Assembly: GCA_964410435.1 (NCBI GenBank)
Contig: CAYPGY010000002.1
Location: 1-34,035, forward strand
Source: an uncultured Candidatus Bathyarchaeia archaeon
GTDB lineage: Archaea > Thermoproteota > Bathyarchaeia > Bathyarchaeales > Bathycorpusculaceae
Reading direction: 5' to 3'
DNA length: 34,035 nucleotides
Below, one piece after another: positions 23,816 to 33,173 of the stretch. Positions within the stretch are counted from its first letter, which is position 1. Every line of letters begins with the position of its first letter. The notes below the pieces were generated by a model. That model was not told the DNA's origin. It did no database searches and was given only the letters and a program-made list of their open reading frames with translations. A program made the translations under genes and the position numbers.

Positions 23816-26434
23816 TTGCAACAAAAACACAACAGAAAAGTAGTGACTATTTCGTTTGCAATATTATTGATCGCCACAATAGGCGCGTCAATGATGTTTC
23901 TACCCGCAACTTTAGCACATACGCCCCCGTGGGAGATACCGACATTCGCTCACGTGTACGCAGCAATCAACCCAATCGGTGTCGGCCAAACAACCTACAT
24001 CTACATGTTCCTAACGCCCACATACGCAGACACGTTAATGACAAACAACTACCGATTCCACAACTTCAACCTAACAATCGTTGCACCAGACGGTACAGTA
24101 ACAAACAAGATTTTTGAGACAATTCAAGACACAACCTCAAACCAAGGATACTCATTTACACCGACCCAAGTTGGCACATACGAAATTTACTTCGACTTCC
24201 CCGGACAGAAAGTTAACGATTACCCCTACCTACCAACATCCCAATACAAGAACGACACCTACCTCCCAAGCTCAGCACACACAACCCTGATAGTACAGGA
24301 AGAACAGATAAAAACCATCGACCAAGCTCCACTCCCAACTGAATACTGGACACGCCCAGTGTACGGCGAAAACACCATGTGGTTCTTGATCGCCTCTAAC
24401 TGGCTAGGCAGCGGCGCACCCGGATACGGTGCAATGATCGGTCCAAACCAGCGCACATTCGTCGACAGCGCAGTCGGCTCCTTAACCAACCACATCATGT
24501 GGACAAAGGAAGTTCAACCCGGAGGAGTAGTCGGCGACAACAACTTCGAGAACATCGCAAACACCTACTTCGAAGGAACAGCCTACCAACAGAGATTTGT
24601 TAACCCAATAATCGTCTACGGAAGAATCTACTATAAAGAACCACTATCATTCAGCGGAACAGGCGGAGACACAGTCTGCGTCGATTTACGCACCGGACAA
24701 GAAGTCTGGAGAAGAAACGATGTACCAGCTCTATCATTTGCCTTCATCTATGACTTAGGAACCCCCAACTACCGCGGAGTCTACCCAGCAATACTATTCA
24801 CAAGCAACTTTGCCAGAGCATTCGATGCACACACAGGTGAACCGCTTTTCAACGTAACAGGAGTACCAACAGGAACAACCGTGTTTGGTCCACTCGGAGA
24901 ACACATTCGCTACACATTCTTCAACAACGGAACAACCACAAACCCCGACTGGTACCTCTGCTCATGGAACTCAAGCAGAATGTGGGGCGGCAGCAGCACT
25001 ACATGGGTCCCACAGCAAACAACCGTTAACGGCGTAAGCTCTGTTCAAGCGGCTCAAGGCAGAATGTACGACTACCTCGACCCAGTCACACAGAACGTAT
25101 CTATTCCATGGCGTAACTCCATGCCAGCATCAGGTGGATTCGCGCCAAGCGCGGTTATGGCCTTCTACAATGACATCTTACTCTGCAGAAACGGTTCCTA
25201 CCCAGCATTAGGCGACACAGGAGCACCATACACATACTTCGCAGTCAACCTCAACGCATCCAAAGGCCCAATCGGCCAAGTCCTATGGTGGAACACCGTT
25301 CCGCGGCCAGAAGGCGGCATCACATCCATCTCATTCGCAGGTGCAGATGCAAAAGCAGGTTACTTCTGTGAATCATACAGACAGACACAGCAATTCGTAG
25401 GCTTCAACCTGAGAACAGGCGCTAAACTCTGGACAGGCGAACCCCAAGCAGCACTAGACTTCTATGGCAGCCCAGGCCCAGGCACAATCTCTAACGTTGT
25501 AGCTTACGGCCGCATCTATAGTAGTGCATACTCAGGTATCGTCTACTGCTATGACATGGCAACCGGCGATGTCCTATGGACTTACGGTAACGGCGGCGCA
25601 GGCAACAGTACAAACAGCGGCTTTGAAGTTCCAGGTCCCTACCCAACATTCATCGAGGCAATCGGCAACGGCGTCGTCTACACGGCTACATCAGAGCACA
25701 CATTCCAAACGCCAATCTACAAAGCTGCACTTGCACGTGCAAACAACGCAACCACAGGCGAAGAACTCTGGACAATCTCAGCAGCCACAGGCCAATTCAC
25801 AGGTGAAAGCTACGCAATCGCAGACGGATACTCAGTGCTCTTCAACAGTTACGATGCACAAATCTACAGCTTAGGCAGAGGACCAAGCCAAACCACAGTA
25901 CAGGTTGGACCAAAAACAACAACCTTCGGTAACACAGTCGTCATCGAAGGAACAGTAACCGATATTTCAGCAGGCACACAGCAGCACGCTCAGGCAGCAC
26001 GCTTCCCAGCAGGTGTACCAGTAAGCAGCGACGCATCAATGAAGGACTGGATGGGATACGTATACCAGCAGGATGCATGCCCAACAGACTTCAAAGGCGT
26101 TGATGTTACAATAAACGTTGTAGACGCAAACGGCAACTACCGCACAATCGGAACAGCAACCACCGACACGAAAGGCTACTACAGCCTCGTTTGGACACCA
26201 GACATCGAAGGCAAATACAACGTATTCGCATCCTTCGCAGGCACTAAAGGCTACTGGCCATCATCACAGGAAACCAGCTTCAACGTACAGCAAGCACCAG
26301 CAACCGCAACACCACAGCCAACACAGGCTCCATCAATGGCTGATCTATACTTCCTACCAGCAGTCATCGGCATCATAATCGCAATCGTCGTCGGCATCGC
26401 ATTAGTGCTATTCGTCGTAAGTAAAAAACCATAA
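23816..26434 (+). CDS. Large secreted PQQ-like beta-propeller surface (glyco)protein with C-terminal membrane anchor
   Basis: Signal peptide; repeated propeller motifs (CVDLRTGQEVW, AFDAHTGEPLF, GFNLRTGAKLW, CYDMATGDVLW, NATTGEELW); Ig-like C-terminal domain, P/T/Q linker, TM helix plus KKP. Confidence 0.88.
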   Translation: MQQKHNRKVVTISFAILLIATIGASMMFLPATLAHTPPWEIPTFAHVYAAINPIGVGQTTYIYMFLTPTYADTLMTNNYRFHNFNLTIVAPDGTVTNKIFETIQDTTSNQGYSFTPTQVGTYEIYFDFPGQKVNDYPYLPTSQYKNDTYLPSSAHTTLIVQEEQIKTIDQAPLPTEYWTRPVYGENTMWFLIASNWLGSGAPGYGAMIGPNQRTFVDSAVGSLTNHIMWTKEVQPGGVVGDNNFENIANTYFEGTAYQQRFVNPIIVYGRIYYKEPLSFSGTGGDTVCVDLRTGQEVWRRNDVPALSFAFIYDLGTPNYRGVYPAILFTSNFARAFDAHTGEPLFNVTGVPTGTTVFGPLGEHIRYTFFNNGTTTNPDWYLCSWNSSRMWGGSSTTWVPQQTTVNGVSSVQAAQGRMYDYLDPVTQNVSIPWRNSMPASGGFAPSAVMAFYNDILLCRNGSYPALGDTGAPYTYFAVNLNASKGPIGQVLWWNTVPRPEGGITSISFAGADAKAGYFCESYRQTQQFVGFNLRTGAKLWTGEPQAALDFYGSPGPGTISNVVAYGRIYSSAYSGIVYCYDMATGDVLWTYGNGGAGNSTNSGFEVPGPYPTFIEAIGNGVVYTATSEHTFQTPIYKAALARANNATTGEELWTISAATGQFTGESYAIADGYSVLFNSYDAQIYSLGRGPSQTTVQVGPKTTTFGNTVVIEGTVTDISAGTQQHAQAARFPAGVPVSSDASMKDWMGYVYQQDACPTDFKGVDVTINVVDANGNYRTIGTATTDTKGYYSLVWTPDIEGKYNVFASFAGTKGYWPSSQETSFNVQQAPATATPQPTQAPSMADLYFLPAVIGIIIAIVVGIALVLFVVSKKP

Positions 26435-26450
26435 AACACCAACAACCAAC

Positions 26451-26470
26451 CCTTTCTTTTCTTTTTTTAT
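26451..26470 (+). terminator. Oligo-T terminator
   Basis: CCTTTCTTTTCTTTTTTTAT, 17 bp after the stop codon. Confidence 0.6.
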
Positions 26471-26559
26471 TCATTAAAAACTGCTTAGACGAGCCTGTAC
26501 CTTTTTAGGCAACAAAAATAAGCATTAACTTAGCATACGCTAGAGAGGCGTGAGTTTCT

Positions 26560-29163
26560 ATGAGCTTTGAAAACTTCACTGTTAAGTCACAGGAAGTCAT
26601 CCAAAAAGCCCTCGAATTAGCCACTTCGAGGCAGAACCAGGCGATAGAGCCAGCGCACCTGCTAAAGGCGATGCTGCTCGTAGACGACAACGTAGTGCCT
26701 TACTTACTCAGGAAACTAAACGTCAACATCGAAGCCTACTCAGCACAGCTTGACAGACTGCTTGATGCGTTGCCAAAAGTCAGCGGCGGCGAACATTACT
26801 TATCCCCCAACTCGAACCGCGCTATACAGAAAGCACAGAGCTACGCAGCGGAAAGCCAGGACAAGTACGTATCACTTGAACAGCTCTTCCTCGGGCTATT
26901 TTCAGTGAGCGACCAAGCCACCCGGTATCTGCAAAACAGTGGCGTAACAGAAAACCAACTAAAAGAGGAAATCAAAAAATTAAGGAAGGGATCAACTGTG
27001 AACAGTCAAACAGCAGATGAAACCTACAATGCCCTAAACCGCTTCGCAGTCAACCTAAACGAGCGTGCGAAGACGGGCAAGCTGGATCCAGTTATCGGAC
27101 GCGACGAGGAAATCCGCCGCGTACTGCAGATACTATCCAGAAGAACAAAAAATAACCCGATCCTAATCGGGGAGCCAGGCGTAGGCAAAACAGCCATAGC
27201 CGAAGGCATAGCGCACCGCATAGTAAACGGCGACGTACCCGAGAACCTCAAATCTAAAACGCTCTACTCACTCGACATGGGCGCGCTTATTGCAGGCGCC
27301 AAATATAAGGGTGAATTCGAAGAGCGCCTAAAGAGCGTCATAAAAGAGGTCGTGGGCTCTGAGGGCGAGATAGTGATGTTCATCGACGAAATCCACACTT
27401 TAGTCGGTGCAGGCGCATCCGAGGGCGCCATGGACGCAGCTAACATCCTCAAACCGGCGCTTGCAAGAGGGGACCTCCGCGTCGTAGGCGCAACCACACT
27501 CAAAGAGTACCAGAAGTACTTTGAGAAAGACAAAGCATTGGAGCGCCGCTTCCAACCCGTAATGGTTAACGAACCCGACACCCTAGACGCCATCAGCATC
27601 CTACGCGGACTCAAGGAACGCTATGAAGTATTCCACCACGTACGTATAAAGGACGAAGCCATAATCGCCGCCGTAGAGCTCTCCCAGCGCTACATCACCG
27701 ACCGATTCCTACCCGACAAAGCAATTGACTTAATCGACGAAGCAGCCTCCAAGCTTCGCCTCGAAATCAACTCGGCGCCTGAAGAACTTGAAACTATCGA
27801 ACGCAAAATCCGCCAGCTCGAAATAGAACGTGAAGCCATAAAACGCGAAAAAGACGAAGCCAAACTTAAAACCCTCAACCTCGAAATCGCCAACCTAAGC
27901 GAGGAACGCAACAAATTAAAGGCCAAGTGGCAGGCGGAGAAGGATATCGCTGATCAGATACAGAAGAAAAAGAACGAGATCGAGCAACTCAAATTCGAGG
28001 AGGAAACAGCTAACCGCCAAGGCGACCTAGGAAGAGTTGCAGAAATCAGATACGGCAAAATCCCCGAGAACAACAAAGCCATCGAAGCGCTCAAGCAGAA
28101 GCTTGCTGAAATACAGAAGGATTCGCCATTGGTAAACGAGGAAGTGGATGCAGAGGAAATCGCCGAAGTTGTCTCGCATTGGACTGGTATCCCTGTTAAT
28201 CGCATGCTGGAGAGTGAAAAGCAGAAGCTGCTTAATCTGGAAACCCAACTGCACATGCGTGTGGTAGGGCAGGAAGACGCTATAGCCGCGGTCTCGGATG
28301 CTATTCGCCGCAGCCGTGCTGGCCTGCAGGATCCGAAGCGTCCGATTGGCTCATTTATCTTCCTCGGCACAACCGGCGTAGGAAAAACCGAGCTTGCCAA
28401 AGCGTTAGCGGAGTTCCTGTTTAACAACGAGAACAGTATGGTGCGCATCGACATGTCCGAGTATCAGGAGCGCCACACCGTCAGCCGCCTCGTCGGCGCC
28501 CCGCCCGGGTACGTGGGCTACGAGGAAAGCGGTCAGTTAACCGAAGCAGTGAGGCGCAAACCCTACTCTGTGGTGCTGCTTGACGAAATCGAGAAGGCGC
28601 ACCCCGACGTGTTTAACATACTGCTGCAGGTGCTAGACGACGGCAGATTAACCGACAACAAGGGCCGAACAGTCGACTTCAAGAACACCATAATCATCAT
28701 GACTTCAAACATCGGCTCTCACATCATACAGGAAAACCTCGAGAAAGCCACCGCCGACAACAGAGACGAAGTCTGGAACCACACCAGAGAACAAGTCTTT
28801 ACGCTGCTAAAGCAGAGTGTCAAGCCGGAGTTCCTTAACCGCGTTGACGAAATCATAATGTTCCAGCCGCTAACCGAAGCCGAAGTCCGAAAAATCGTCG
28901 AAAACCAGCTTAAAGGCGTTCAAGCGATGCTTGAGAAGAACAACATAAAAGTAGAATTCACAAAGAAAGCAGTTGACTACGTCGCTAAAGTTGGGTTTGA
29001 TCCACAGTTCGGCGCCAGACCAGTGAAGCGGGTGATCCAGAAGAACGTGCTAAACGAGCTATCAAAGATTATCCTACAGGAGCAAGTCGATAAAGCCGCG
29101 GTTATAGTGGTGGACGAGCAGAAGGGTGCTTTGGTGTTTAAAAATAAGGCCCAAGCAGCTTAA
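26560..29163 (+). CDS. clpB: ATP-dependent chaperone ClpB
   Basis: Clp N-domain, [15 protein letters not shown], Walker A GEPGVGKT and GTTGVGKT, coiled-coil M-domain, [21 protein letters not shown]. Confidence 0.98.
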   Translation: MSFENFTVKSQEVIQKALELATSRQNQAIEPAHLLKAMLLVDDNVVPYLLRKLNVNIEAYSAQLDRLLDALPKVSGGEHYLSPNSNRAIQKAQSYAAESQDKYVSLEQLFLGLFSVSDQATRYLQNSGVTENQLKEEIKKLRKGSTVNSQTADETYNALNRFAVNLNERAKTGKLDPVIGRDEEIRRVLQILSRRTKNNPILIGEPGVGKTAIAEGIAHRIVNGDVPENLKSKTLYSLDMGALIAGAKYKGEFEERLKSVIKEVVGSEGEIVMFIDEIHTLVGAGASEGAMDAANILKPALARGDLRVVGATTLKEYQKYFEKDKALERRFQPVMVNEPDTLDAISILRGLKERYEVFHHVRIKDEAIIAAVELSQRYITDRFLPDKAIDLIDEAASKLRLEINSAPEELETIERKIRQLEIEREAIKREKDEAKLKTLNLEIANLSEERNKLKAKWQAEKDIADQIQKKKNEIEQLKFEEETANRQGDLGRVAEIRYGKIPENNKAIEALKQKLAEIQKDSPLVNEEVDAEEIAEVVSHWTGIPVNRMLESEKQKLLNLETQLHMRVVGQEDAIAAVSDAIRRSRAGLQDPKRPIGSFIFLGTTGVGKTELAKALAEFLFNNENSMVRIDMSEYQERHTVSRLVGAPPGYVGYEESGQLTEAVRRKPYSVVLLDEIEKAHPDVFNILLQVLDDGRLTDNKGRTVDFKNTIIIMTSNIGSHIIQENLEKATADNRDEVWNHTREQVFTLLKQSVKPEFLNRVDEIIMFQPLTEAEVRKIVENQLKGVQAMLEKNNIKVEFTKKAVDYVAKVGFDPQFGARPVKRVIQKNVLNELSKIILQEQVDKAAVIVVDEQKGALVFKNKAQAA

Positions 29164-29233
29164 GTCACCGACTCTTTTTTTTCTTATTTTCTTGGGGTAA
29201 ACGGTTTTTAAGTGATATTGCTCTTTCTTACTT

Positions 29234-30097
29234 GTGGGTGACGACCGCTTGACTTTTTATGTAACAAAAGCAGATGGCTCTAAGCAGCTATATGACAAAG
29301 AAAAGGTTGTAAAGACCGCATTACGACTGGGTGCAAGTCTCGAGGTAGCCCTTGAACTTGCAGAGCAAGTCGAAAGTAAACTCTACGAGGGCATAAACAC
29401 ACAGAGGATTCTGCAAATCATTTTTGCTCTTATGGGGAAGCGTAAACCCGCGGTCAGGCACCTATTTGATCTTAAACGCGGTTTGAGCTTGATGGCGCCT
29501 AAACCCGAATTTGAGGTTTTTGTCCGTGTGCTTCTATCTCAGATTGGTTTCGAAGTTAAACCTAATACGATTCTTCGGGGATTATGTGGCGAGCATGAGG
29601 CAGATGCAGTAGTATCCAAGGACGGTTTAACATATTTTGTTGAGGCTAAGCATCATGCAAATTATCATGCGCTAACTGGGCTTGATGAAAGCCGCATAGC
29701 CAGAGCAATAATGGAGGACGTTGCAGAAGGCTATGCGCAGGGTGTAACTACGCTAAAGATCGATCGTGCGATGATTATTACTAACACCCGCTACTCTGAA
29801 CACGCGATACAGTACGGGGGTTGTCGAAATATTCTGCAGATCGGGTGGGTTTCTCCTGAGGGATTTGGTTTACGTGACATAGTGGAGAAGTGCAAGTTGT
29901 ATCCATTGAGTTGTTTAAGAGGCCTCAGCTTAGACGTGCGACTGCGTTTGGTTGATGTGGGTATAGTGTTGATAAAACAGTTGCGGGAACAAGATATCGC
30001 CTATGTTGAGCGTAAAACTGGGTTGTCTCATGAGGCTGCTTCGGCGTTGATGGAAAAGGTTAGGCAAACAACAGAGACATTATGGTTGATAGACTAA
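29234..30097 (+). CDS. ATP-cone plus Mrr-like restriction-endonuclease-fold protein
   Basis: ATP-cone YVTKADGSKQLYDKEKV...LYEGINT; PD-(D/E)xK-like FE...HEADAV...VEAKHH; ITNTRYS; LYPLSCL; helical C-terminus. Confidence 0.8.
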   Translation: MGDDRLTFYVTKADGSKQLYDKEKVVKTALRLGASLEVALELAEQVESKLYEGINTQRILQIIFALMGKRKPAVRHLFDLKRGLSLMAPKPEFEVFVRVLLSQIGFEVKPNTILRGLCGEHEADAVVSKDGLTYFVEAKHHANYHALTGLDESRIARAIMEDVAEGYAQGVTTLKIDRAMIITNTRYSEHAIQYGGCRNILQIGWVSPEGFGLRDIVEKCKLYPLSCLRGLSLDVRLRLVDVGIVLIKQLREQDIAYVERKTGLSHEAASALMEKVRQTTETLWLID

Positions 30098-30192
30098 ACC
30101 CTACACTATATATGCGGTAATTGACTGAGGCTGCAGGTTTAAGGTTTTAATAGGGTCAAAGTCGTTAGCGTCAACTCAAATCAGTGACAAAT

Positions 30193-30399
30193 ATGCCTTT
30201 TAAGAATGGTCAGAGAAATAACGAACAACCTCAACCAGAACCCGAAGAAAAATACGAAAAAATGCCCTGCGGAACCCAAGTGCACGTAATAAACGGTCAT
30301 GCAAACTTTAGCTGCATTGGAAAAACACAGCAGGGTCTAAACTGTGCCGAACAATGCCCCTTTTACTACAAGAAAAAAGTTAAAGTGCGCTTTCGGTAG
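30193..30399 (+). CDS. Small Cys-rich hypothetical protein
   Basis: Four Cys and two His (CGTQVH...H..FSC...NCAEQCPFY). TATA-like TTTTAATA at about 30145. ATG 30193 or GTG 30184. Overlaps the convergent gene by 20 bp. Confidence 0.5.
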   Translation: MPFKNGQRNNEQPQPEPEEKYEKMPCGTQVHVINGHANFSCIGKTQQGLNCAEQCPFYYKKKVKVRFR

Positions 30400-31909
30400 C
30401 CTGCTTGAGAAGCGCATGCATCAGGTCGCGTTTGGTGACGATACCTAAAATTCTATGCGGGTCAGATGCATCCAAAATGAGTACTCTTCCGGTTTCTAAA
30501 TGACTCATTTTTCTAAACGCGTCAAGGGCTGTTTCTCCAGGGTAGCAGACATCAATGTTTGGTCTTGCGATTGCGCCAACCTGAATTTTCTGTCGCATTT
30601 CTTTGGCTACGCGGGTCGCTTCCTCTATTGTGATGACGCCTACGAGTTCATTGTCTTTGTTGATTACTGGGTAGCCGATGTAGGTTTTAGTGGCCATCAT
30701 CGCTAAAAGCTCGCTTACGGGCATACTGCTTGGGACAGTAACTATCTCTTTAGTCATGATGTCCTCGACTTTTATGTCTGCTAACGCTTCTGTCTCTCTG
30801 AACAGCCGCACAGGTACAAAACTGCGTTTCGTCTCCAACTTGCCAGCTTTAATGAGTCCCGCTATTCTTTTCTGAAGCGCAGAAACTATCAGGTGCTCAA
30901 ACACTTCAGGCTCCTTCTCAATACCTCTTGTAACTACCGCTCCTTTTTGTAGTGCGCTGTTAAAGAAGTCCTCACCAGCTTTTGTGCGAAGAATAACTAT
31001 CGACCAATCCTTATGGGGGTAAGCTGTTCCGATTGAGATGTCAGCGACCTCCGCTGTGTAGTCAATGCAGGTTTTACAGCCCAAGTTCGTAAGCATTTTT
31101 GCTTCAGCTAGGGGAACTTCAACTTTGCCCTGGGTAGTGGTTAATACTAGGTCATGTGAAAGTTGGATGCCGAGTATATCGTTGGCTTGTAGGCCATACT
31201 TTTTTTCCAGATGCTTAAAGAAGGGCTTCGTAGCGAAAGTTCCGAAACAGAACAAGCCGATGATGACTTTTGCCTTCCCGCCGATTTTATGGCCCCACAC
31301 GTCGATTTTACGCAGCGCAAGAGCTTGGCAGGGAGTACCCACGACTACGATTTTCTCTTTTGCGTACTCTGCAACTGCGCTTCTGTATGCTTCAACGACT
31401 GCCGCTGGGAAGTATCTGCTTCCCGCCGTCGACGCAACCTCTTCGGGTGTTAATACTACCTGCGCTTTAGGTTTAATCAGGTTTTTAGCGTCAGCCCCAG
31501 AGACTACTGCACAGTCAAAATTCTTGCTGTTTAATCCATAAGTCAGTAGCGCCGATACCACCGCACCGTCAGAGCCTTCCCTTCGAATAGTTGGGTCACT
31601 TGCTTGAGCTATCAGGATTTTTCTTAAGTACCCGACGGCTTCGCTTCTTACTGGTGCGTCAGCGACGGCTTCGGCGCTTCTAAGCAGTAGTGCTTGGGAG
31701 TGTGGGCAGACCTCGTTGCATATGGGGCATAAATCGAGGCTTGCTGAGCAGTCATGCAGCCGCTTCACGTGGTCATCTTTAACCCGCAGTGCAACCACGG
31801 GGCAGGTTGCTTGGCATGCGCCGCATCCAGTGCAAAAGCCGTTGCTAAGGATGTTTCTTTTGAGAATGTTATAGGCGATTAGTCGGTTGTTTTGTATACT
31901 AATCCCCAT
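30380..31909 (-). CDS. Coenzyme F420 hydrogenase/dehydrogenase beta-subunit family (FrhB/FpoF) fused to a CBS pair
   Basis: Ferredoxin CTGCGACQATCP...CPICNEVCP, DGAVVSALL, AGSRY, VGTPCQ, IGLFCFGTF, CKTCIDY.AEVADISIG; then KVEDIMTKE...GYPVI...VGVIT...GIVTKRDL. Confidence 0.9.
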   Translation of the reverse strand: MGISIQNNRLIAYNILKRNILSNGFCTGCGACQATCPVVALRVKDDHVKRLHDCSASLDLCPICNEVCPHSQALLLRSAEAVADAPVRSEAVGYLRKILIAQASDPTIRREGSDGAVVSALLTYGLNSKNFDCAVVSGADAKNLIKPKAQVVLTPEEVASTAGSRYFPAAVVEAYRSAVAEYAKEKIVVVGTPCQALALRKIDVWGHKIGGKAKVIIGLFCFGTFATKPFFKHLEKKYGLQANDILGIQLSHDLVLTTTQGKVEVPLAEAKMLTNLGCKTCIDYTAEVADISIGTAYPHKDWSIVILRTKAGEDFFNSALQKGAVVTRGIEKEPEVFEHLIVSALQKRIAGLIKAGKLETKRSFVPVRLFRETEALADIKVEDIMTKEIVTVPSSMPVSELLAMMATKTYIGYPVINKDNELVGVITIEEATRVAKEMRQKIQVGAIARPNIDVCYPGETALDAFRKMSHLETGRVLILDASDPHRILGIVTKRDLMHALLKQATESAL

Positions 31910-32037
31910 GAATAATTATTGTAAGTTAGCGCATTTAAAATTATACGCTCGTAATAGAGAAACAGTCTGTAAGAATATCTATTGTTTACTGCCCTTTAAC
32001 GCATTAGAACCATTGGATCCTTCTTGAAAGTACACTG

Positions 32038-33126
32038 CTACTTTTCTGATACCTTCCTTTGTTTTTCCACTATCCTAAACCGTTCTATACCGATAATTAC
32101 TAAGATATATGCAAAGATGAAAGAGAAACCGAATAATTCGCCATAATTGTTATGGAAAAACATTCCTTCTTCGCCTCCCTGATACAGCAGAATTAGGGTG
32201 ACAACGCAGATTCTTAACACATTAGCAATAAAGGTGCCGAAGAGACCCACAGTAAAATAAAGGAACTTCCTAAAAGGGGCAATGTTTGTTTTCTTAAAGA
32301 AAAGCAGCATAATTACTAAAAACAAAAACAGGCTCTGAACCCCTGCGCAGGCCCAAGCAATACTAATGCTTGCAGAGCTACTGCCCGAAACAACAGTTAA
32401 GGCAGGCACCAAGGAACCGCCAGCGTTATTGGGATAACTCATCAATACGCTATAGCCGCATAAATCAAAAAGCGCTGCAGCAACAGCCGCCGTGGGTAAA
32501 GCCATCTCTTGAAGCGGCTTAAGAACCCCGAATGGAAGAAGCGTATCTATCATGTAGGCAACGCTGAATCCTCCCAGAACTGCAAGAGAGATAGCGAATG
32601 ATTTCAATCCTCTGGGTTTATAGGCCAACATAAGGGCAGCGGTGAAGAAAACGAAAAACACCACATACTCGACTGATAGTGGCCAGAAAAGTTGCAGAAA
32701 ATCTGAAGGTTCACTAGCGACGTTTAAAAATGGAAGTCCAAGGCTTTGCCCATACCTCAGCACCGCTAAATCTAGCCCAAAAAAGTTTGTTGCTAAAACA
32801 TAACCTGTTGGAATCAAAGCACAACCAATAGCGCCTGCCATCAAATAGCGGTTTGTCGGCGTTCTTTTTCTTATTTCACTCCACCCAATAATCGACTCCA
32901 TCACTATGAACCAAGCGAATATACCGAGAAACATTCGTCCTTTCCATGTCACATCAAAAGTAAAATTTCCATTAAAGTAGGTGTTATTCCAGGGGTCGAA
33001 ACTGTCGGTGGCTTGGTTGTATCGATAGTTGTAGCCTTCAATGTTGTAGTAGTCCAGAAAACAAAGTGTTATGATGGGTAATGCAATGATGATTAGTAGT
33101 GTAATGTGGAACCAGTCTTTTTTCAA
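32038..33126 (-). CDS. Archaeosortase/exosortase family protein (thaumarchaeosortase-like)
   Basis: Multi-TM with catalytic triad motifs IAWACAGVQS (Cys), NVLRI (Arg), FFHNNYG (His). Confidence 0.9.
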   Translation of the reverse strand: MKKDWFHITLLIIIALPIITLCFLDYYNIEGYNYRYNQATDSFDPWNNTYFNGNFTFDVTWKGRMFLGIFAWFIVMESIIGWSEIRKRTPTNRYLMAGAIGCALIPTGYVLATNFFGLDLAVLRYGQSLGLPFLNVASEPSDFLQLFWPLSVEYVVFFVFFTAALMLAYKPRGLKSFAISLAVLGGFSVAYMIDTLLPFGVLKPLQEMALPTAAVAAALFDLCGYSVLMSYPNNAGGSLVPALTVVSGSSSASISIAWACAGVQSLFLFLVIMLLFFKKTNIAPFRKFLYFTVGLFGTFIANVLRICVVTLILLYQGGEEGMFFHNNYGELFGFSFIFAYILVIIGIERFRIVEKQRKVSEK

Positions 33127-33151
33127 GTAGCCGCCAACCCCTTTGAATAAC

Positions 33152-33172
33152 TAAAAAAAGAGAGGGGGAAGG
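33152..33172 (-). terminator. Pyrimidine/oligo-T tract between the substrate gene and the archaeosortase
   Basis: Minus strand CCTTCCCCCTCTCTTTTTTTA right after the 33174 stop. Confidence 0.5.
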
Positions 33173-33173
33173 T

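Noticed and set aside
23704-24117. Alternative-frame and antisense ORFs (e.g. 23704-24117, 6222-6719, 27954-28454, 31065-31541, 20439-20870)
   Set aside because: Shadows of well-supported genes, attributable to codon bias, with no motifs of their own.
26529-26556. CIRCE (HrcA) operator upstream of clpB
   Set aside because: Only TTAGCA matches the left arm; the GAGTGCTAA right arm at N9 spacing is absent.
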